Assembly (NCBI GenBank): GCA_964019335.1
Contig: OZ025716.1
Span: 310,001 to 374,000, forward strand
Direction: 5' to 3'
Length of the DNA: 64,000 bases
Origin: Diplonema japonicum
Taxonomy: Eukaryota; Protista; Euglenozoa: Diplonemea
In this document: positions 54,001 through 64,000 of the stretch, piece after piece
Numbering within the stretch: position 1 is the first letter of the stretch
How the letters are laid out: each line of letters opens with the position of its first letter
Program-made: the position numbers and the translations under genes
Notes under the pieces: generated by a model
What the model saw: only the letters and a program-made list of their open reading frames with translations
Databases searched by the model: none
Told to the model about the DNA's origin: nothing

Positions 54001-57000
54001 TGACGGCCATCTACTTGTGCCTTGCGATGCAGCTGCACGGGTCACAGGAGCGTCTGGAACTGACGGAGCGGCTGAACAGGAAGATGGCGGAGTGGGGAGA
54101 GGAGAAGCGGGAGCCAACGAGCTGCTGGGGAAGGTGCATCGAAGAAGTGCAGCAGGGCGTTGTGGAGCAGGTGGTAAACAGCAGGACGGTGGAGGTGAGG
54201 AAAGGGATGGCGCTGTGCGTGGCGGCAACCAACATCTTCTTAGTTCTGGTGTCGGCGGTGTCGAAGGTGTCGCTGCTTCTGATCGGGCCTCCTGCGACGG
54301 GGAAGACGAACGCAACGCAGGTGGTGGGGCAGAACATGCGGGGTGCGAGCTCCCCGACTAGTTTCTTCCGGAGGCTCTCGGAGAAGCACGGGAAGCTAGT
54401 GCAGTTCACGCTGCAAGCTTCGTGCCGAACAGGGCCGGAGCACATCACGGACCTGGTGAACGAGTGTCGGGCAAAGCAAAAGAGCATGCGGCAGGGAGTA
54501 ACGATACAGCTGGTAATCGACGAAGCCGGGCACCCTTCAGACGAGAAGCAGGCACTGAAGGCGTTGCACGAAATGTTAGATGATCAAGAGTTCTCGGTGG
54601 TGTGCCTGTCGAACAGGAACCTCGACCATGCGAAGCAGAACAGAATGCTGTGTGCTCAGTGCGACGACATCAACCTGCGGGAGCTGTGCATTGGATGCTT
54701 GCGGGTGTCAGAGAAGATGGAGGCAGGGGATCCTGTAGAGAAGGAGGTGAATGGGCTCGTGGCAGCACACGACGAGCTGCAACTGCGGGCACCGACCGCC
54801 TACTACATCCGCGACTTCATCTACCTGTTCCGCTACCTGAGTGTGGAGTGCAGGCCCGAGGAATTCGGGAACGGGATTACACCGGAGGAGCTGCTGCGCG
54901 GTTTGGAGTACAATCTTGGGGGGAACACGAGTAAACTAGCGCAGGAGGTTTTCTTCAAGTGTATGAGAGAACACACAGGGGAAGAGAAGAAGTGGACAGG
55001 CACAGACTTCAGGGACACGAGGTGCGTGATAAGGGACGCGAGGGAGAGGCAGGCCAAGAAGAAGCTGGTGGGGTACCTCCGCCCGAGGAACCAGCTCCTC
55101 GTGGATGTGTCGACGGACCTCAACAACGTGAAAGAGATGGTGGAAGAAGGCTGGCTTGGAGAGTGCACAAAGAGTCGTATCGTGGTGAGCAACTTCACGG
55201 AGGATGCGACACTGCGAGAGGACTCGAAGGTGCTGGCAGACATCATCTACGCCATGGAGGAAGGAAGCACCATTGTGTTGTACAACGGAGAGCGCATTTC
55301 CACAGCACTGTTCGACCTTCTGAACCAGAGCTACATGGAGCGTCACACCGCAGACGGAAGGACGAAATACTTTGCGAACATTGCAGTGGGAACGCACACG
55401 TACAGACGAGTTGTGCACGAGGACTTCAGATTGGTGTTTGTGATGAGCGCGAAGGAGATCGAGGGGGTTGAGAAGAAGGTGTCCTGGGCGGCCTTCTTGT
55501 CACGGTTCGAGCGGCAGGTTGTGAGCCACAAGTGCAGCACAGACAAGATGCTCTCTGTTGAAAGGTTTGTGAACAAGGTGGTACAACGGAACAACGTAAA
55601 GCCGCATTGGGTTTCAGGTACCTTGCCCTCTCTGGAGGTGTGTGTCTCGAACGAAGAAAAACAGGGAGGCATCACCAGCAGCTGCAACGACCTGTGTGTG
55701 GGGATGCTGACAGCGGATCAAAGGCGTGTAATGAGGATCAACGAGAGGATCATGGAAACAACCACGCTGGAAGGGGTGCTGAGGTGCAGGGATAGCGCTA
55801 AGAACTGGCAGGCATACCTGAAGCTGTACCTTGAGAAGCAGGAACACTTCGACTTGACGAAGCTCATCGAGAGGCAGGAAAAACGAGTGAGAGCAGTGCC
55901 ATGCGTGCCTTACGTGATCTCGACGGGAGACCACTTCAACGGGAGCAGGCTTCACAAGCTGCTGCAGGGAAAGGCACTCGTGTGCAAGGTGGATTTGAAG
56001 TCGCGCCGTGCAGACGTAGAGCGAATCCTGGAAGAGGCGAAGAGCGAGGACCACCACTGCGTGCTGCTGCTGGACAAGTTCTCGACTGACTATGCTACAG
56101 TGTTGTTGATATACGAGCTGCTTGTGCAGGCGGCAAAGGAGATGAGCGGAAACACTTTTGCTTCGATGTTGCTGATGCTCCCCACTTCCTACCCGACGAC
56201 CTTCTCTCAGCAGCATCACTCCCTCTACATGGACACGCTGGCGGCGCCGTCTCCGCACGTGACACACCTGCTGGGGATGGCCTGCGGGGTCGAAGGGATA
56301 GGTTCCTATGAAAGGAAGACAACATCGCTGAGAACCCACGTGGCACGCTTTGTGTATAAACATGCAGGCAGGCTGGACGCGGCATGCTGTTCGGTGGAAC
56401 AAGAGGTGGGACAGGACATGCAACGTGTGCTCAGGTTCTACAGCCGGAAGACAAAGCTGGAAGACAGGCTGCAAATCGCACGGGATATCGTGCAAGACGA
56501 TGAAAAGAGTGTGAAACGGATGCTGGAGGAAGCCAACGCATTTGCCGACTCGAAGGAAAACTTGGAGAACTGCCTGAAGGAAACGGAGAAGGACTTCCAA
56601 GAGCAAGGGGTGGGTCCGTTTTCCGTTCACTTCTGCGAGACGGTGAGTTTGAGGGGGGCTCAGCAGGTAAACAGGTTCCTGTGGCATCTTTTCCAGAACT
56701 TTGGTTTGATGTCGCTTGCAGCAGGGAGGGTGAAGGGGCTCTCTGAGAAGCAGCTGTTTCTCTGTAACAAGGCATCGAAGATGGCGGTGAAAGGTGAGTG
56801 GATGGAGTGGAGCTTCCCACCCAGCTGCCCGCTGAACCCGTGGCTGCACGGCATCGTGTTGAACACGCTGCAGAAACTACCACCGAGGCCTGAAGAGCTG
56901 CAAGTGGACTACGTGAGACGTGTATTCAAGTGCAGCGAGATACAAGACCTCCTGAGGGACGACAAGGACTCCCTGGACAGTGAGCTGTGGGCGTACACGA

Positions 57001-60000
57001 ACGATGCATGCAGGTTGATATACTGGAGGCAGACGAAAGAACGCGACGAGACCTTAAGCAAGGCACTCGTCGATCACTTCGTGGACCTGTTCTTGTCTTA
57101 TTTTGAAGGATACGAGGAGGACGATGCGTGGCTCGTATTGTTGTATGCGTCAAGCATCCACCTGTTTCCTAAGACCGTGTCGGAAATGCTTGGCTTCAAG
57201 GGGGTGCTGTCGGTTCTGTTCGAGTTGGGGGAAACAGGAGCCTTGCTGCGCACTCCCGAGGACAGCATCTCCTATCACGCGCTGACGACCAGAAAGATTC
57301 TCCACAAGATCGGTGAAAAGCAGGAAGACGAGGCAAGCCAGATTCTGGGAAGAGTGGTTAGGGCCCACCGCGTCACAAGAGCGTTGCTCGTCGACAGGGA
57401 AAACGGAATGGAAGACATCGAAACTGACCGAACGCTGCTGGAGCTGGATATGGTGCTGCACCTTTGCCACTTACCGTTGGAGACCTGGAAACTTCAGAAG
57501 TGTGTGTCCGCAGTCTGCAAGGAGACATCAAGTCTGACTATTAAGAACAGATACAGCCTTCTCGGGGTGTCCATCTTGCTGGATGCTATAAAGAACACAG
57601 GCCCGTTGCTGATGAACAACGACAAGCAGAACACAAACGGTACAAACAACTACGAAAGGCTTTGTGAAGGACTCTTCACGGAGTGGTTGACACACAGCTC
57701 AGATGAGGTCATCACGAACGACCCTCATCTGAGGCATTATCTCTTGGGGCAGAGAGTCGGGGCACTGCGTCCCATCACAAGCAAGCATAAATTGAAGGCT
57801 GTGATGGAGAAGCTTGCTGAGGTACACGGGGGCGACCTCCATCAGCTGGTAGCTGGCTTCAAGGATCCATTCGCATTTGGAAGCATCTGGTTAGACACCA
57901 CCACACCTTACACTAAGAAGAGAGACACGTCACACATTCCTGTAGATGCACTGCTGGAAGTGTTAGTGGAGCGTGGGGCTCTCAGTGGAGTGATGAGTGT
58001 AGAGCAGGTACTTGATGGAGCTGAAGCAGCGGTGGGGTCAGGGCCTGCTGAGTTGGTGATGCTGGCGAGGATGCACATAGCCGTGAACGGGCTGCCATTG
58101 GCACTGACAAGCAAGGAAGAGGCATACAATGCTGTCGAGGAGGTGGGGCAGCTCGTCGAGAAGTTCAAGCAGTCAGAACACTGGTTCTTCGATCGTGTCG
58201 AAGAGTCAAAGTCGTGGCAAAAAGCAGTGGTGGCTAGGATGGTGGGGGGCGCTGCTGCAAAGGATCTCATGCCGGCCCTGGCGCTACTGGGGAAGGACAA
58301 GCGGGTACCGTGGCGCGGGGCGTTTGCGACAGACGATATGGTTGAGTTTAGAGGTGTACGGAGGGAGATGACGCAGCTGCCCCTGCTGCTCGAGGGCTGC
58401 GTCGAAAACAGCGCTGCTTACCGGGCAGTGGTGGGTCTTCTGGAAGAGAAAGAATGGAAGGACCTCCGCGCAGTGATGCAGCAGCACGGAAGCAAAGAAG
58501 TAACGACACTTCTGTTGGGGGTGGTCCACACTGACTACTACGAGACAGGAAGGTGCGACCAGCTGAAAGGGTTACTTGCATTTGCAAAACAAAAAAGAGA
58601 GGAGCTGGGGTGGGGCACGGCGTGTGTGAGGCTGTTGACGCTGCTGCTGAATCCTGCTGCTGTTGTAGAGCGGGTGAAACAGGTTATGAAAATCCCGCAA
58701 GGAGACCCTTGCGAGGATATGCTTCTGGACACCCTCGACCCGAGCTACGACAACGACGGTGACCCGCATAGGGTCTTCGTCAGGAGGAACTTCATGCTCA
58801 TTGCAATCCACATGATTGGGGCTGCGGAAGGGGACACCCCGCTCCACCACTTCCAGCAGTACATCATGAATCCCAAGGCCGTACAGGGCACCTTTGCATT
58901 TGGGGACAAGGGCACGAATCAAACAACTCACCACGCACTGGACTGCACCCTCGAAGGACAATCGGCAGTGTTCTCTGCGGAAGAGTGGGCCTTCCCAGGC
59001 TACTACACGTACGCCTCGATCTACCTGAGCGGCTTGCTTTACCCAGAGAAGGTTGCAGGATGGCCTTACGCTGTAGTGTCGAACGTGGCTGCCAAAAGCA
59101 CTGGTATGCACAAGGGAGAGAAGATCGTGGTTGCGGCCATTCACATGAGGAGGTTCTTCCTGTGCATGGAAAAACTGGTGGGGGGCGACCAGATCAAGGT
59201 GACGCGCACGAACCACATGCTGTGCAGTACCATGGTCAAAGCGCAAGCAAAGGCCACCTACGCCACACTTCAGGAGCGACAAGCAGTTGAAAAGGAGCTC
59301 TTGCGTTTGATCTACTCAGCAAGGAAGCGCGCGGAGTGCGAGACGTTGGATGTTTTCTTAAAAGACGAGAAGCTGAAGGCGAGCCTGACGTTGAACACCG
59401 ATCTCCCGGAGGGGAGGCACCTCCCAGTGTTACCCCACACCGCGACGGGGATGCTGCTGAAACACCTTTCCGAGCAGCGGAGCACGCTTTCCCTTCTGCA
59501 ACACCTACACCCCATGCTGGATCTGTACGAGCTGGTGAGCAGGAAGTGGGGGGACAGCGCCTGTAGCGGCGGCGGTGGTGAGGCCATGAAGCTACAGGAT
59601 CTAGAGGAAGGGACGAGCACCACCGTGGAGGAAGGGGTGGCGGCCTACAACAAGGTGGTGAAGAAGCTTCCCCAAGAGGTGGCGCTTGCCTGTGCACGGG
59701 AGACGTCGAGCTTCGAAGAGATCTCCAAGGAGACCGAGGTGAGGTTCCTCGTGACGACAGGACATGGGGTGTCGGAGGAGATGGGGAAGATACTCGGTAT
59801 CATGCAGGCAGTGATTCTGAAGGTGGGCACGTTGCAAAGCGAGGTGAAGGAAGTGGTCGGGAAGTTGGACGAGAGGTGGGGTGGGGCGTTGAGCTGCGAG
59901 AAGGTCGGACAGGCACTGCAGTGGGTGTCGGGGCAACGTGCAGGGGCGATGTCGCCATCCTTCTGCAGGGATGCGGAGATGGTGCTGCGCATGCACAACG

Positions 60001-60815
60001 GCGGGGAGGAAGAAGATGGAGAGAATGAAGCAGGAGCAGCGCTCTATGTTGTGGAGGAAGTTGGGAAGCTTCTCGCGATGCAGCTGTCGATTGAGGACGT
60101 GCGCATCGTGGTGGCGGCTCCACTGGAGGGCACGGGAGACCCTATCGCAGACTTCGAGGAGGCAGTGAAAAACAGCACTGTTGGAAGAGCGGACCTTTCA
60201 TCCTCGCTGATGCAAAACCTGAAGGAATTACCTGGTGGACAGCTGCTGGAGCTGCAGGATGGCCTGAAGGGGTTGGCAACGCTACTGCTGTGCAGCAAGG
60301 ACATAACGATGGAGGCCGAAAAGGAGTTCTGGATGGAGGAGAGGGAGGATGGGTTGGAAGAGCTTCAGAAGATGGTCGGGAAAGGGGTGAAGATGGGGCA
60401 CATCCCACTGCTTCACCGCGTGCTGGGGAAGGTGATTGCGGAGAACGGGAACAACCATTTCCTGATGGAGGCGCGGAGGAGGTTCCAGCAACTGAACGGA
60501 GAGGTGGCGCAGCCGCAGGGAGCGGAGAAGACAAGGGAGTACCTTCAGGAGTTCGCCTTGGCACAAAAAGACAAGAACGCCCTACTGGAGGACCTGGACT
60601 ACGGACTGGAGACGATTCTGAACAGCGATAGGAACCAGCAGGGAGCGAACCCCGAAGAAACGCTGATGCACAGCTGGGGGGAGTGGTGCGAGGTCTTCCT
60701 GTGCTTCACTCCCGACTGGACAATGGCCCACTGTGTCGCTGCCTTCGCCTTGCTCTTGGAAATGAAATGCGAGGCAAACTTCGCCGTCATGCCTGACGAC
60801 ATGTACGAAGAATGA
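48097..60815 (+). CDS. Giant RNF213/mysterin-like multi-AAA+ ATPase (~4200 aa), one frameshift at ~53065
   Basis: Walker A GAPGMGKS, (G)RTGDGKT across the frameshift, and GPPATGKT. Walker B VFLDEFNT and LVIDEAG. Also NIFFAASINP, LFDLLNQ and AFLSRFE. Start codon uncertain. Confidence 0.8.
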
Positions 60816-61239
60816 CTTGTCTAAGAAGGGTGGCGTGGTGTGACGGGCTTGCAAGGGAGAACCGTAGGGACGGTCACACAAAGACCTCCTTTAGCTCATA
60901 TATAATACACTGTTTTTCTTACCTTGAAAGATTGGTTTCTTTTACTTCTCTTTTATTTGCCGCTGTGGCTCCACTTTTACTTTCCACACGGGACGCGAAG
61001 CTTCAGAAGGGCTGCATGGCACCACTAAAATCGAGGCAAATTATTCGATTTCACCAATTTTCTTTTTCTTTGCACTGAACAAGGAAAAAGTATTTTGCCG
61101 GGGGAAAAAAAAAAGAAATGGATGGGGGGTGTTGATTCATGTGTTCTAGCTGAAGGAAAACCATATGGAAATGTTACTTTTCTTTTCTCAAGGACGTCGC
61201 TCGCTTAGGCTCCAAGGTACCAATATTCAAAACCTGGAG

Positions 61240-61400
61240 TAACGGCGGTGCGTCCAGATTACCCTGCTTCCCCGTGATCGGCTCGACGCCCAGCGTATTC
61301 TCGAAGTCTAGTACGAGTTCCATTGTGGTGACTGTCGTCTTCCTCGGTCCGTCGTACTACTTCAGCTGATAATGTCTTCTCCGTGTTTCATCATCAGGCT
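61240..61400 (-). mobile_element. Degenerate LINE-B-related fragment on the minus strand
   Basis: Reverse complement of 61301-61357 reads YDGPRKTTVTTMELVLDF, matching LINE-B YDGKKKTSVTTMELAIDY. Confidence 0.7.
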
Positions 61401-62479
61401 CCCGCTCACGTGCTTCTTCAGCTCCTACCACTCAGGTGGCGCATGAGCGTATCCTTCCTTGATCCACCGAAGTAGAACAGCAGGAAGGGAGGAGGAAGAG
61501 GAGGAACTGTCTCCGTTCCGTCGTCAGGCTGGTCGTCGGGTCAGGCGCACGCCACAACCCATATCTTTACTGATGGTGATTGCTTTTGTCCCCTTTTGGG
61601 GAACTCATGCTTCAGGCGCTCGAGGGCGGAGATCGTCCATACGTGATCTTGCTTCTGTGATCAGAATGAAGTAGGTCGTATGATAGGTGATCAATCCGTT
61701 CTCTTCCCTCTGCACTCGAACAGCCACGAGGACAGCAGTTTGGACAGTGCACCAGTTGGCGCCAGCCGAACCACCTAACAGGAAGTTAAACCGTGCACTA
61801 TAATAGAAAAGAAAAAGGCTTAGTCCAGCAGAAATAACTTCTGCCCCAAAGGCAATGTCACTTTCAAATGACTAGGAACTGTACGTTGCCCTGTGGTGGA
61901 CGGCGTAGACGCGCATCTGTCTCTTCAACTATAAACTCCCCTATGGAACCCTCTTCGACCTTCTCGTCATCTCCACCCGTTTGTACTTGGTGATTACGGC
62001 CGAAGTTGCAGAGGACAGACTAACAGCTAACAACCTTACAATGTTAAGAGCTGTCCTTCCCTCAAAAACTGCACTTTTCTCAACTGGACTTACGAAAAGC
62101 TTTCGTGGAACTACCGGCAAAAATGGCCAAAACTTAAAATGGCGACTTTCAAGGTCATTTTGGTTGGCCTCCAAAAAAAAGAAAAAGATTTTTTTTGGAA
62201 AAGAAATTTTGGTACTTCCTTGGAACTCACCGTTCTTTCGTCCGACATATGGATTTTTTGAAAAAAAAAAAAATTCAATGAACCTTTGAGCATTTTTTGA
62301 CATTTTTTTCCCCTAGCCCCCTGTAATCCCTTTGAGACATAGGGCGGGTTACTTAGCGAATATAGAGCGTTTAATATCAACAGGAAAGTCGGCAGTGGGA
62401 GTTTTCCTTTTTTTTTTTTTCTTCAAGGGGCGACTCACAGAGACTTCCTTTAGCTCATATATTTCTTCTTGTTTTTTTT

Positions 62480-62724
62480 TTGGGAGGAGAGACCCCTGCG
62501 GACGGGGCCAAGAGGGTCAAGTCGCTCACGTAAGGCTGCAATAGGCGTCATCAGGAGACAGATCTTCGCATCAAGACAGACAGCGCAAAAACTACAGGAG
62601 TTGAAAAGGACATACAAGAAAGACCGCGTGTCGAAACTACGAAAAGCTTTAAAGGCGACAATAGGAACGAAGGCCATCTATGCTCCAGAAGGGATTGTCT
62701 TTTACTATGAGTTTTTTTTTTTTT
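62480..62724 (+). mobile_element. Degenerate LINE 3' fragment
   Basis: GAKRVKSL and RRQIFASRQT resemble the LINE C-termini (KSRVHTL, RRPLFSSSQT); ends TATGAG plus T13. Confidence 0.55.
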
Positions 62725-62729
62725 CCTTT

Positions 62730-63020
62730 CGAGAACGGGTCTTTGACTTGTCTAAGCAAAAGGGGAACGTTGTTGATACATAAACTTATAAACTTCTCCA
62801 GGTTTTCGGCACGTACAAACAACGGTCAATTCCTCTTTATATTCTTTTTTTAGCTCAACTTGCTCCGGGAGAAAGAAAAGAAAAATAAACGAAAAACTCC
62901 TGTTCTTTTTAAATTGTTGCTGGAACAAGTACAACTTTGAAAAAGAAATGTTATTTTGCAAGAAAAAAAAGAAGATTAGAGGCAGCTTGTCCCGTTTTAT
63001 CCCTACTGTAGGTGAAAACG
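62730..63020 (+). mobile_element. Extended family A composite repeat
   Basis: Family A hairpin followed by modules shared with 34720-34875 and 63757-63920; terminal hairpin CGTTTTATCCCTACTGTAGGTGAAAACG. Confidence 0.75.
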
Positions 63021-64000
63021 ACTTGCAATGCCGGCTCCTTTTTTTTTTCTTTTTCTTTTTTTACTTTAGAAATACCTCGCATTTCTCCCCCCCTTCTTTT
63101 TGTTTGTCATAAAAGAAAAGTTGTAAACATACCCTGTATCAGATTCCGCCCGGTGTACACCTTCACCTGCCCTGTCCTCTTTGCAGGCCGGAATACTCTG
63201 AAGCGATGCTATACGTAGGGGAGCAAGAATCTTATTTTTTTGCAACTTGTCGGTCTCTTATGTCCATGAGCATCCACAAGGCCAGAAACTAATAGATATC
63301 GTCCACAGTGAAGTCAAGTCTGGGTTGTGGTACTTGCAAACGGTGCAAAGAGTTTTCACAAACCCCATTCAAAATGAACAGCTTGAAGAAATCCTTGTCC
63401 TGCCCCCCCCCCCCCCCCCCCCCCATGTGCCCCGCTACTTCTTTTGCGTAACCTGCGTAATTTCGCTCTCCCATGGCATATTTTCACTCTTCTCGTCACT
63501 ACTGTACGGTGCAGTACTGCTCATCTGAGCTTTAGTGCCACCAAAAACTGGTTTCGAGAGTGTTTTTGGAGGTTAATCTAGGGGCCAAAAGTGATTTTCG
63601 ATGGAAAGGAAAATCGCGGACACAACGTTATTCTGTAAGGGTATGGGTTGTGTGGTACTTCAAATGCCTATACAATTTTTTTTTTTTTAATTTTTTTGAT
63701 CGCTAGATATCTAGCGCTTCGTCCTTTTATGGTTAAAAAGAATGTCTTTTAACCTTTTAACTCAGCTTGCTCCGGGGAAAGGAAATGAAATAAATAAAAA
63801 GAAATAGAATTACCTTTCTAACCCCTTCTTATTTCTTTTTTTCTTTCTTTCTTTCTTTTTTTCTTTTTTTGCGGGAACAAGTAAGCAAACTTTGAAAAAA
63901 CGAATTTGTTATTGCAAAAAGAGAAAATAAAAAAGAAGAAAAACAATCGTTGTTCGTTTTATTAAGGTTTTTATTCTTCTTTTTTTTCTTTTTTTTTTTT

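Noticed and set aside
481-60800. Long minus-strand and alternate-frame ORFs overlapping real genes (e.g. 1031-2251, 16190-16972, 55614-56849)
   Set aside because: Shadows of GC-rich coding sequence with no recognisable motifs

Overview
Eukaryotic genomic DNA, almost certainly from a diplonemid (Euglenozoa). A near-complete diplonemid-type spliced leader (SL) sits at 230-267, every credible gene is on the + strand (directional cluster), spacers are rich in homopolymers, and introns are short GT-AG. Host genes: a 7-copy tandem array of a ~131-aa basic protein, a Ubl-DUF4116-SAP protein, a Zn-finger/propeller protein, coiled-coil proteins, a TM protein with a possible degenerate histidine-phosphatase domain, an FtsX/MacB-like permease (3 introns), an Rpp40-like protein, a NudC/CS protein, an ABHD/YheT hydrolase, PPCS (1 intron) and a ~12.7-kb RNF213-like AAA+ gene split by one frameshift. 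The most striking content is a set of APE-RT LINEs and associated SINE-like repeats with several unusual properties. (i) They end in sense-strand poly(T), not poly(A), and insert into T tracts. (ii) In both LINE families ORF1 and ORF2 are in the same frame, separated by one TGA. In LINE-B, ORF2 has no ATG able to give an intact endonuclease and strong stems follow the TGA, which suggests readthrough. (iii) LINE-A has a 2A-like StopGo motif before the endonuclease, whereas LINE-B has an OTU protease domain in ORF1 and a QSGG di-glycine in the linker. (iv) LINE-A begins with a genomic copy of the SL. All family assignments come from motifs recognised by eye; no searches were run.
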